A stretch of 64,000 bases of DNA from the NCBI GenBank assembly GCA_965215845.1, contig CBDCEL010000002.1:22954-86953 (forward strand), in the 5' to 3' direction. The DNA is from Aurantibacter sp. Lineage in GTDB: Bacteria; Bacteroidota; Bacteroidia; Flavobacteriales; Flavobacteriaceae. A model generated the notes under the pieces. That model made no database searches. It worked only from the letters and a program-made list of their open reading frames with translations, and was not told where the DNA came from. This document shows, one piece after another, positions 39,350-48,036 of the stretch. The stretch's first letter is position 1, and each line of letters begins with the position of its first letter. The position numbers and the translations under genes are program-made.

Positions 39350-39399
39350 CTTTTAAGGAAACGCAACAGTTTAAATCACTCTTTATGAAATCCATAATA

Positions 39400-39680
39400 A
39401 TAGGGTTTAGACCCTCTTAAAATAGTTGCATTTATCCGTTTTGCGATAGCTGGCCTTTACCTTGAGGGAAAGGTCTTTTGAATTCGCCCTGCGGGGCGAT
39501 TCGGAAGAGCGAGAGGATAACACGCAAAGCGGTGTTATGGTGTTCGGTTTCATTTTCAACCCGTTGAAAATAAGCGGTTTATGGCAGATTCGGGTTTGTT
39601 TTAAGGCTGAAAGGGATAAAAATTTTGGCGCAAAAAGTCCTGGAACCCCTATAAACATTGAAAAATTTTGGCGCAAAAAA
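39400..39680 (+). promoter_or_regulatory. Candidate oriT / mob promoter region
   Basis: Hairpins at 39480-39502 (GAATTCGCCC..GGGCGATTC) and 39517-39538 (ATAACACGC-AAA-GCGGTGTTAT). A 19-nt direct repeat AAAAATTTTGGCGCAAAAA at 39618-39636 and 39661-39679; the second copy abuts the mobA ATG. Confidence 0.5.
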
Positions 39681-40247
39681 ATGAGTAAGAAGAGGTATAC
39701 ATACAATTATTCGAACATCAATGTGAGGGTAATAGTGGCCAAGAGATTTCGCAAATTCTCAAAAAAAATTGCCAAGTCCCATACGGAGGCACTAACTGCA
39801 ATGTTGGACTTTTTCGAATGGCACAACTATTCCCCGAACCAAAGGTTCGCCAAGGACATCAATGCCGGGGTGGAACTCAACCGCAAACGTATCGAGGCCC
39901 ATATCGCCATTTCCAAGTCCATCGAAAAAGCGCAGAACGTTCCCCTGACCGCAATGGAAACAATGCTCAGATCGCTGTTCGAGGAGGACAGCAAAAAAAT
40001 CGACCTCAAGGCAATCGAGGCCGAAATCTCCAAGGAAAGAAAATCTAAAACCAAAGAAAAAAAGAGTTCTGTCCCACGAATAAAGCACGATAGGACCGTT
40101 CGAAAATTGGCAGCGATCAAGGAACGCCTGCAGTACGTTCTTGACCAGATCGAACCGGTAAGCAATCGCTTCGGAAAGGACTTTTTAAAGATTGGGATTA
40201 CCCGTGAGGAACTGGCACGCTTCAAACAGGCCCTAAAAGAATCATAA
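39681..40247 (+). CDS. Mobilization accessory protein (BfmA/BtgA, CTnDOT MobA-like)
   Basis: Position and size (188 aa, basic, start at ATG 39681) directly upstream of the relaxase-like gene. The upstream part of the track ORF overlaps the oriT-like region and is discounted. Confidence 0.6.
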   Translation: MSKKRYTYNYSNINVRVIVAKRFRKFSKKIAKSHTEALTAMLDFFEWHNYSPNQRFAKDINAGVELNRKRIEAHIAISKSIEKAQNVPLTAMETMLRSLFEEDSKKIDLKAIEAEISKERKSKTKEKKSSVPRIKHDRTVRKLAAIKERLQYVLDQIEPVSNRFGKDFLKIGITREELARFKQALKES

Positions 40248-40248
40248 G

Positions 40249-41268
40249 ATGTACATCGCGATCACACCCCAGAAAATTGGACCGACCTATTCGAATAGCG
40301 TAGCGGATTATGTTGCCTATCTCGAAAAGGAAAACGAGGGACTTGAACCAGGTGACCAAGAGCATTTTTTTAACCAGACCGAGGATCGAATTGCTCCCGA
40401 TACCGTCATTTCAGAAATCGATGCCAATACGGCAAAGCTCAAAAAAACCGAACCCAAATTCTATTCCATAATGGTCAGCCCCAGCCAACGGGAACTTAAA
40501 AAAATCGCCGATAATCCAGAGGCCTTAAGAGCATATACCCGTGAACTGATGAAGGAATATGCAAAGTCTTTTTATCGCGATAAGCCCGTGACGGTAGACC
40601 AGATAAAATACTTTGCCAAATTGGAACATGAACGCACCTATCGTGGATTTGAAAAAGAGGTTCTGGAAAATGCTCCCTACCGAAAACGAATTGCCAAACT
40701 GGAAAACGATATCCGCAAAGTCAGTCGTGGGGAACTGGAGGGGAGCATCGAAAAACTGCAACTGGAAATCAAAAAACTTAGGGAAAATGCCCCACACAAA
40801 ATCAATGGACAAATAATCGTTGCGGGGATGAAAAAGGAGGGCGACCAATCCCATATCCATATCATCGTCAGCCGCAAGGACGTGACCAACACCTTTAGTC
40901 TTTCCCCCGGATCAAAGTACAGGGCCTCCGAAGTGGAGATGCGCGGCAAAAAGGTGCAACGCGGTTTTCATCGTGATCGGTTCTATGAAAAATCGGAACA
41001 GGTCTTTGACAAGCTCTTTGGCTACGACCGGAATTTTGCGGAAACCTACAAGGCCAAAAAGACCTTGGTCAAAGACCCCATCATGTTTCGGATGCTCTTG
41101 GGCAACCTACCATCTAGCGAGAAAGCCTTGGCATTAAAGCTGCTTTCAAAATCCGGCATGCGCATTCCCTCGATCCCGACCAATAAAGTACAGTTGGCCC
41201 TAAAGGTTTTCCATCGCTTGCGAAGGGGAATGAAAAAGGCCATGGAAGCAGGGTCGATAGGTATCTAA
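40249..41268 (+). CDS. Relaxase-like mobilization protein (Bacteroidetes MobB/BtgB type)
   Basis: N-terminal Tyr-containing region (SNSVADYVAYLEKEN) and a histidine motif GDQSHIHIIVSRKD. Lies between the MobA-like gene and the coupling protein. Confidence 0.65.
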   Translation: MYIAITPQKIGPTYSNSVADYVAYLEKENEGLEPGDQEHFFNQTEDRIAPDTVISEIDANTAKLKKTEPKFYSIMVSPSQRELKKIADNPEALRAYTRELMKEYAKSFYRDKPVTVDQIKYFAKLEHERTYRGFEKEVLENAPYRKRIAKLENDIRKVSRGELEGSIEKLQLEIKKLRENAPHKINGQIIVAGMKKEGDQSHIHIIVSRKDVTNTFSLSPGSKYRASEVEMRGKKVQRGFHRDRFYEKSEQVFDKLFGYDRNFAETYKAKKTLVKDPIMFRMLLGNLPSSEKALALKLLSKSGMRIPSIPTNKVQLALKVFHRLRRGMKKAMEAGSIGI

Positions 41269-41345
41269 ACAAGGATTATGGAGCAATTGAACTATATAGT
41301 CGTAATCTGGGTCTTGTTTTTGGGAAGCGGTTTTGAGCTTGGCCC

Positions 41346-42875
41346 TTGTCCGCTTGTTTAAAATCCGGTTTTTATATAAATATGTTCTGGATAGCCTTGG
41401 GTTTGGCCTGGGTAGGGTTTAAAACCGGAAATACCCAACAGTTTGTAATGATCTTATTGGTCGTTGGACTGCCATTGTTTTTTATAAACATCCTTTGGTT
41501 CGTCTACTTTCCAAAAGAAGGCGACAATGCGATTATAAAGCGTTACGCCGTTCACTTGAAAGTCTCCAAAGGCGAGGTGCTTCTGAAAAATATCCGTAGG
41601 GGCATTGCCGTTATCGGTGCTGCCGGAAGCGGTAAGACCGAAAGTGTCGTCCATCCATTGTTGAAGCATTTCAACCAATGGAACTTCAGCGGGGTCATTT
41701 ATGATTACAAGGACTTTGAGATTACCGAAATGGCCTACCCGCTCTTTAGCAAGGGCGATATTCCCTTCCAGATCATTTCGTTCGATACGGTTCATGCCAA
41801 GGTCAACCCCATAGCCCCAAGATACCTGCCCGATGAGGAGAGTGTCAATGAAGTCTCCCGTGTTCTCGTGGAAAACCTTTTGGAACAAAGGGACAATCAA
41901 ATGAATGCCACGACCCGGTTCTTTAATGATGTGGTCGAAGGATTGATCGGGGGGATGATATGGCGGTTGAAAACGGATTTCAAGGATGCCTGCACCTTGC
42001 CCCATTTGATAGCCCTGTATCAACAACTCGATACCAGGGGCTTGATCAAGTTTCTTTCCGCGAACACGACTTCTAAGGCCATGGCCGATGCCTTTATCAA
42101 CGGGGTAGGATCGGAGCGACAGACCGCCGGGGTCAAAAGTACCTTGGCCAATGCCTTTAAAAAGATAAGCACACAGCGCATCTTTATGGTACTGTCCGAA
42201 GATGAGATCGACCTGAACATTAACCATCCCGATAGTTTAAAGGTAGTCTCCGTGGTCAACAATCCAAGAATCGAGACTTCCTTGTCCCCGATAATCGCAA
42301 CGATCCTGCATACGATTACCAAACAGATGAGCGTGCGCCGCCGAAACCCTTCCTTTCTGTTGATGGAGGAGGCCGCGACTTTACGCTTGTTGAACATGCA
42401 CCGTATTCCAGCTACATTGCGGAGTTATGACATTGCTACGGTCTATGTGCTACAAGATAAAATTCAAAACGATATGATGTACGGACCTATGGCGAGCAAG
42501 GCAATTCTGGGCAATCTCTCCTATCAGTTTTTTGGGAAGGCCAATGACCCCGATACGGCCAAATACTACGAACGTTTTTTCGAGATCGTGAAGAAGGAGA
42601 CCAAAAGTGTGAACAAAGGGTATAATCTAAATTTCGACACGCGAGTGACGAAAGGGGAGCGGGAGGTGGCCAAGACCAGGGCCGATGTGTTTTATGGATT
42701 GCCACAAGGAAAATTTATGGTCTTGGCGGATGGAAGGGATAAGAAAGTACAGTTTAAAACTCCAAAAATCATTAGGCAATTGCCACCCTCGAAACGAAAT
42801 TCAAAGAAAGAACTTCAGGAGAATTTTGAGCGGATCCATCGGGAGGTAAAAGGGTTGTTGAAAAGCCAAACCTGA
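41346..42875 (+). CDS. Type IV secretion coupling protein (TraG/VirD4 family; CTnDOT MobC-like)
   Basis: N-terminal TM helices and Walker A GAAGSGKTES. A short ATG ORF at 41278 (MEQLNYIVVIWVLFLGSGFELGP...) in another frame may be the true N-terminus, split by one more frameshift. Confidence 0.8.
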   Translation: MSACLKSGFYINMFWIALGLAWVGFKTGNTQQFVMILLVVGLPLFFINILWFVYFPKEGDNAIIKRYAVHLKVSKGEVLLKNIRRGIAVIGAAGSGKTESVVHPLLKHFNQWNFSGVIYDYKDFEITEMAYPLFSKGDIPFQIISFDTVHAKVNPIAPRYLPDEESVNEVSRVLVENLLEQRDNQMNATTRFFNDVVEGLIGGMIWRLKTDFKDACTLPHLIALYQQLDTRGLIKFLSANTTSKAMADAFINGVGSERQTAGVKSTLANAFKKISTQRIFMVLSEDEIDLNINHPDSLKVVSVVNNPRIETSLSPIIATILHTITKQMSVRRRNPSFLLMEEAATLRLLNMHRIPATLRSYDIATVYVLQDKIQNDMMYGPMASKAILGNLSYQFFGKANDPDTAKYYERFFEIVKKETKSVNKGYNLNFDTRVTKGEREVAKTRADVFYGLPQGKFMVLADGRDKKVQFKTPKIIRQLPPSKRNSKKELQENFERIHREVKGLLKSQT

Positions 42876-42919
42876 CCAGCGAGTTTATCCATAGTTACAA
42901 AATTCAAGGCCCACAATGC

Positions 42920-44605
42920 CTAATCGACATATTCAAATTCATTGAGTTTTTCGTTCCATTTCAAATCATAAATATCCCATTTTTGGCCGGGACTTCGCTC
43001 TTCTTCCAGTTTTTGGGCAATGATTACATGCTCACCATTTGTCCTGACCGTAATCATACCATATTTAGCGACGTTGCTGTCCCGTAATTTTTCCATTTCC
43101 TCGATCTTGGCCTCAATGTCCTTTTTGACTGTCAAGGCTTTCAGTTCCTCTTCCAGCTTTTTCAACCTCTCGTAAAACTTGATCGGGTATGAAAACTCAA
43201 AAGTGCTTCTCGCAAGCTCGGTACTAAAGATCAAAGGCCTGATCCCCCTTCCCGATTTGCCGTAGGCACCAAGGGCATCCGGCCTGGGATGGGCATGTGA
43301 TTCCTTGTCCCCGCTGGAGATGATCGTGGCTATGGGATTAATGGCCCTTAGAAAGGAATCAAGGACATCGGCCGCGCCATGGTGACAGGCCTTGGCGATA
43401 TCCGACTGAAACTTTCCCCGTGTTTTGGAAATAATGACGTCGAGCAGTTTTTCCGATTCCTCGAGAAGTTGTTCGAGTTCTTTTCTTTTGTTACTGCTCA
43501 ACTGGCCCGAAAGCTTCACCTTGGTTTTACGAATGGTCTCTTCAAGAGAACTTAAAGTTGTCTCGATCTGGGAATAATGCTTTGCGAGGTAGTCCTGAGA
43601 TTTGGTGTTGAGATCGCCCCCTAGGAGCATTTTCAAGTTTTTATACCTGAGCATGAAAACGATGGAATGACCATTTTTGGTTTCCCCTTCACTGCCAAGT
43701 TTAACAAGACAGTCCCTGGTTTTTCCCTGAAAAGTAACTTTCTCGGTAATGGGCCCCAGGATTTCCAAACTTAGTTCATTTGGCGCCTTGAAATGGTCCA
43801 AATTGGTTTTGGAGATATCAAGAAATTGGAATTTTACGCTTTTGTTATTGGTCCGGGCCGCTCGAAGTGTTTTAATGTATAATTTATCATGCCTCGGATT
43901 TTTTGGCGGAGGGTTACTTTTTATTAAATCGTGCATTTCCTTATTGGTGAGCACCGTATCCCATAAGTGAAAGTGTTTCTTGCTATCGGCAGGCACTTTT
44001 CTGCCCAGATCATTGAACCAGGTTTTTTTATCGGCATCTTTGAACGGCCTTTCCACAATTCCATTGTGGCAGATATTCTTTATGCTAAGTTTTTTGTTGG
44101 AAAATATATTGTGGAAGCCATAATAATGGTCCAGGTCCGGATGTGAAATTACCGCGTAGTCGATTTCAAAAGGTTTTTTTACGTTATTCGTAGAGCTGGT
44201 CGCCCCATCGACCCCGGCCACGATTCTATTTCGAAGGTTGTATCTCCAATTGATAAAACGGGCCATATTGTCCGCACCTTTGCCATCAAACCCCACGCCG
44301 GCACCGGCATCTATCAAGATCACCTCGTCATCAGGTGTCACGATATGGCACCCATCGCCCTGCCCGATGTCGACAAAATTGACCTCGAGTATTCTCTTGT
44401 TGCTGAGCCATTCCTTTTTTAACCACCCGTTGTCGTTTCGTGAACGCACCTCGACCCAATCGCCTTGCTTTTTCCCGGTGCATTTCGCATAATCCCCGAG
44501 AATCAAATGGTTGATGGCATTTTTTGATGTGGTCATTTTTGGTGCTATCCTCAAGACGACATCCCGTTGGGTCACAAAACAAGGTAACTTTAAATTCAAG
44601 GCCAT
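42920..44605 (-). CDS. SH3-like domain + ComEC-type MBL-fold metallo-hydrolase with a coiled-coil insert (561 aa)
   Basis: GDWVEVRSRNDNGWLKKEWL (SH3-like). VNFVDIGQGDGCHIVTPDDEVILIDAG, VISHPDLDHYYG, LLGGDL and ACHHGAAD are ComEC/Rec2-type MBL motifs. Confidence 0.7.
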   Translation of the reverse strand: MALNLKLPCFVTQRDVVLRIAPKMTTSKNAINHLILGDYAKCTGKKQGDWVEVRSRNDNGWLKKEWLSNKRILEVNFVDIGQGDGCHIVTPDDEVILIDAGAGVGFDGKGADNMARFINWRYNLRNRIVAGVDGATSSTNNVKKPFEIDYAVISHPDLDHYYGFHNIFSNKKLSIKNICHNGIVERPFKDADKKTWFNDLGRKVPADSKKHFHLWDTVLTNKEMHDLIKSNPPPKNPRHDKLYIKTLRAARTNNKSVKFQFLDISKTNLDHFKAPNELSLEILGPITEKVTFQGKTRDCLVKLGSEGETKNGHSIVFMLRYKNLKMLLGGDLNTKSQDYLAKHYSQIETTLSSLEETIRKTKVKLSGQLSSNKRKELEQLLEESEKLLDVIISKTRGKFQSDIAKACHHGAADVLDSFLRAINPIATIISSGDKESHAHPRPDALGAYGKSGRGIRPLIFSTELARSTFEFSYPIKFYERLKKLEEELKALTVKKDIEAKIEEMEKLRDSNVAKYGMITVRTNGEHVIIAQKLEEERSPGQKWDIYDLKWNEKLNEFEYVD

Positions 44606-44886
44606 TTTTGAAATTTTTACTGGATATTAATTAATCATGTTTACATGCCGATCCATAGCGGGGATAGATCCGGTTTTATTAAAGGGGATGGTGGTAATAC
44701 TTGGAGTATTAAAAGATATACCTTTTTTAAAAACACACGTTACACGGAAACCTTAAAAAAACTAAGGTTTTCATATTGCCAACTACCGGATATGACAAAG
44801 AAGCTCCACAAACTTTTAACTGTGGTACTGAACATGTAACACACAAGAATAACAACGTGTAAGTACCCCTTAATTAGCTACAGTTT

Positions 44887-45321
44887 TTATTCTTCTAGTT
44901 CTAATATATTTTTTGATAAAATAGAAAATGCGTGAACGATTTTTGTCCTATGCGTAAATCTGGTGTACTTCTCTCCTTTCAGATATTCTAATATATCAGC
45001 AGACCATAATTCCAATTCTCCATTCTTAATATTAAAATGAAAATCGTGTGCAAGATTATTTCTTAGTTTATTTACTTTTTTGAGAGAGGAAACGATGAAT
45101 TTTTGTTTTTCAATCTCCTTAAATCTTATACTCTCAAACGCTTTAATTTTTCTATAAAATGAATGATCTTCGGAATTCTTTACTTCGCATCTGTTTAACG
45201 ATGTCTCTAAAACAGTTTCAAGTAACAAATGTCCTTTAAGTAATATTAGTTCTAGATCAGTTTTTGAATCTAAATGTCCCCATACTGCCCATTCAAATAA
45301 AAAATCAATTTTCTCTCCCAA
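44887..45321 (-). CDS. Small HEPN-motif protein (144 aa, DUF4145-like)
   Basis: Rx4H motif in VNKLRNNLAHDF; predicted all-helical; 18 nt after the preceding gene. Confidence 0.6.
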   Translation of the reverse strand: MGEKIDFLFEWAVWGHLDSKTDLELILLKGHLLLETVLETSLNRCEVKNSEDHSFYRKIKAFESIRFKEIEKQKFIVSSLKKVNKLRNNLAHDFHFNIKNGELELWSADILEYLKGEKYTRFTHRTKIVHAFSILSKNILELEE

Positions 45322-45339
45322 TTCTTTTACGGCAACTGT

Positions 45340-46032
45340 TTAATTACATTTTTTTATAAAATCGTGTCTAAATTTCATCCACTCAAAAGCCGCTTTTTTG
45401 AAAGTTCTTGAGTATAGCTCTTTGGAAATTACTTGTTCCAAATACAATTCAATTGTAGTTGTGAATTCGCGAACATATTTGGTCAAGTTAATATAATCAG
45501 CTTCCTCATTACTTCTTACAATTAGTATCCTATTTGCTTTTTTGTCTAATGATGATTGTGCAACTTTATAATAATGGAAATTATTGTTTTTATCAATGTA
45601 GCTTGTTGTATGCGAAGCTATTTTATTTCTCAATTCAATCGCATCCGTTTTTTTAAGTTGTTCCCGAATTCTCTTTTGATTTTGAAAGTTAAATAATCGG
45701 ACTAAATCTGTGATTACGCCAACCTGCAAATAACAAGCATTTAAAACGCCATATAGTCTTAAATACATTTCTCCTTGTCTATTTTCACTAACATGCAAGC
45801 CGTTTTCCAAAAATTCATTAATAGCATATTGAGCATCTTCCATTTGGTCGATACAAGCTCGGAATAAATCATGATCATAAAGATTTTGAAATCTCAACTT
45901 TTTTGTCAATTGTTTTATTTGTTCCTCCTCTGTTGGATAGGTTTTGACGTTTGTATACCTTAAAATTCCGAGTAGGATTTCGCAGTAAATTTCAACTTTT
46001 GATATTTGGCTTAAATATTCCTCGTCTGTCAT
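45340..46032 (-). CDS. HEPN-motif protein (230 aa)
   Basis: Rx5H motif in AIELRNKIASHT, preceded by a helical LYGVLNACYLQVGVITDLVRL segment; 29 nt after the preceding gene. Confidence 0.55.
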   Translation of the reverse strand: MTDEEYLSQISKVEIYCEILLGILRYTNVKTYPTEEEQIKQLTKKLRFQNLYDHDLFRACIDQMEDAQYAINEFLENGLHVSENRQGEMYLRLYGVLNACYLQVGVITDLVRLFNFQNQKRIREQLKKTDAIELRNKIASHTTSYIDKNNNFHYYKVAQSSLDKKANRILIVRSNEEADYINLTKYVREFTTTIELYLEQVISKELYSRTFKKAAFEWMKFRHDFIKKCN

Positions 46033-46061
46033 TGGTCGTTCGTCAAATTGTAACTGACTTG

Positions 46062-46949
46062 TTATTTTATAAATTTATTTACAGTCATTGGTAAAAAGAT
46101 TTCTCTTTCATTTTCTTCTAACTTTTGGCCGATTTTACAGTCGATTGTTACAAAGAAGTTTCTGTCACCGAATCTTGCTACTAGTCTTTTGTCATTTCGC
46201 CTTAGACTTAACATCTCAAATGCGTTAGCAGGAATTATACCCTTAAGTTGTTTAAATACATTTTCATCAAAGTCAAAAGTCACTACATATGTTTCTTCAT
46301 TCACAATCAAACCTCCTGAAATAGAAAACTGATCAGGATCTAATTGTGTTATTTCCGTTATTGGAATATCTGGAAATATTAAGTTTTTAAAGCTTTCAAA
46401 ACCCAGCCTTTTAAGATGCAATCCTAAATCTTTTGCGAGCTTATTATAGTCTACCGTAAACACTTTATTAGGAGCTAGTAAGTCTTTAAGCGGGTCCCAA
46501 AATCTAGGGATACTAATTAATGGAAAATGAAGCAAAGGTTCGGGTTTTTGTATATCATATAGTACAAACTCTTTTCCGTTGCAAAGTGCAAAAAAATTCA
46601 CTCTCACCTCACTATGAATTGCGTATGAGTATGCTTGCTCAACGTGTTTAGATTTAATAATTTCTTCATTTGGTGATTTTGCGTCAAGAATCCAGGCAGC
46701 TTTTCCATTCACTTCAAACAAATAGTCTGGTATTATATATATGCTTTTACGTTTCGAGCCTATCGAAACAAAAGGGTGAATTAACTTTCTACCCCTTATT
46801 ATTTGATTAGGCTTGTCTGCCGAATATCCAAGTCCGCGTATTATTGGGATTATGATTTCCTCTCTGACAGAGTCTTCCTGAAATTCAGGATTTTCGAGAT
46901 TATCAAAATTAAATCCTTCGAGGATATTGAATAGTTTTTCTGATGCCAT
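46062..46949 (-). CDS. HsdR_N-type PD-(D/E)xK nuclease-fold protein with an unknown C-terminal half (295 aa)
   Basis: EEIIIPIIRGLGY...IPDYLFEVNGKAAWILDAKSP...HVEQAYSYA carries the PD...(D/E)xK signature of the type I restriction R-subunit N-terminal domain family. Confidence 0.65.
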   Translation of the reverse strand: MASEKLFNILEGFNFDNLENPEFQEDSVREEIIIPIIRGLGYSADKPNQIIRGRKLIHPFVSIGSKRKSIYIIPDYLFEVNGKAAWILDAKSPNEEIIKSKHVEQAYSYAIHSEVRVNFFALCNGKEFVLYDIQKPEPLLHFPLISIPRFWDPLKDLLAPNKVFTVDYNKLAKDLGLHLKRLGFESFKNLIFPDIPITEITQLDPDQFSISGGLIVNEETYVVTFDFDENVFKQLKGIIPANAFEMLSLRRNDKRLVARFGDRNFFVTIDCKIGQKLEENEREIFLPMTVNKFIK

Positions 46950-47059
46950 GCAATTCCATTTGTCTTTTCAAGGTTAAGGCGAATGTAAGATTACATCTAT
47001 AAGTATATTAAATATGCAGTCAATCATTTAATTGAGCTTTAGTTTGACTCTTTTTTTTG

Positions 47060-47962
47060 TTACCGCCATATATCTTCATATATCTGAGTGTATTCATCCA
47101 ACTCAATTACTTCAAATCCTACTGAATTCAAAAAGAATTTTTGTCCATCTGAATTCCTTGGTGAACTTTTCTTAATAAACCAACCATTGTGTTTTCTATT
47201 TGGAAACCTTCTGAAATATTTCGCTCTTTCAATCAATAGCCATCTAAGAAAAACCTCTGTTTCGTTCAAACCTAAGCCCACTATTACAAGAGATTTATTG
47301 AATATAATATGTAACCAAGTTTTATATCCTGGCCAAGCTTCTTGGTTTTTCCCTTCAAAATTTATGTTCTCTGGCTTCTTGTGAATAAGTCTTCTTGCTC
47401 TTTCCACATTGCCCATATATTGTGAAAGACCAAGTTTAATACTTCTGTGATATCTTGCCATTCCATTTATATACCAAACTCCGAATCCTGCGGTAGGATA
47501 ATTTAAAGTATAATTTGAATAATAATTTGACCATGGATAAAAATCGGTGAAATTTGTTCCCTCCATCCTATTGAACTCTAAATTCATTGATTTAGGAATC
47601 AATTTATCAAAATTTGTTGTTAGAATTTGCGAGTTCATTTCATGTATTCGTTCTAAAATCAGATTTTGCTTCAGGTTTGCCTCCCATTCTTTCATCCTTC
47701 GTTGCACATCCTTTTGCAGTAAAGAGCTAAATTTTTTATCTGATGCATTTTGTATTTCTAAAGCATCGTAAAACTCAGTAAAAGATATTCCATGCGGAAT
47801 TGTACTTTGGGTATTAAATGAATGGGTCTGCCATAAATCCAATAATAAGTCATTCCATGATACTCCATCATTCTCGTAATATAGATTTATTCCATTTCCA
47901 AGAATGAACGCAAGATCGTGATGATTTCTATTAAATATTCTTATTACCTGTTCGACACTCAT
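47060..47962 (-). CDS. SIR2-like (SIR2_2-type) protein, stand-alone (300 aa)
   Basis: AFILGNGINLY...SWNDLL (GAGxS..W..LL analogue), ILTTNFDKLI (TTNYD box), and LVIVGLGLNETEVFLRWLL (GYS..D analogue). Confidence 0.65.
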   Translation of the reverse strand: MSVEQVIRIFNRNHHDLAFILGNGINLYYENDGVSWNDLLLDLWQTHSFNTQSTIPHGISFTEFYDALEIQNASDKKFSSLLQKDVQRRMKEWEANLKQNLILERIHEMNSQILTTNFDKLIPKSMNLEFNRMEGTNFTDFYPWSNYYSNYTLNYPTAGFGVWYINGMARYHRSIKLGLSQYMGNVERARRLIHKKPENINFEGKNQEAWPGYKTWLHIIFNKSLVIVGLGLNETEVFLRWLLIERAKYFRRFPNRKHNGWFIKKSSPRNSDGQKFFLNSVGFEVIELDEYTQIYEDIWR

Positions 47963-48036
47963 TTTTAATTTGTTCAGTCCTTTGTTTGAACTTTGCCAAA
48001 GGTGAAAGATGTACAGAGTAACGATGTAGGAGTGAT

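Noticed and set aside
41454-42227. 257-aa antisense ORF inside the coupling-protein gene. Similar long antisense ORFs occur at 9782..10258, 12951..13427, 22417..22881 and 11094..11921.
   Set aside because: Each lies fully inside a gene with strong family motifs on the other strand. Their translations are low-complexity with no recognisable motifs. They are typical shadow ORFs.
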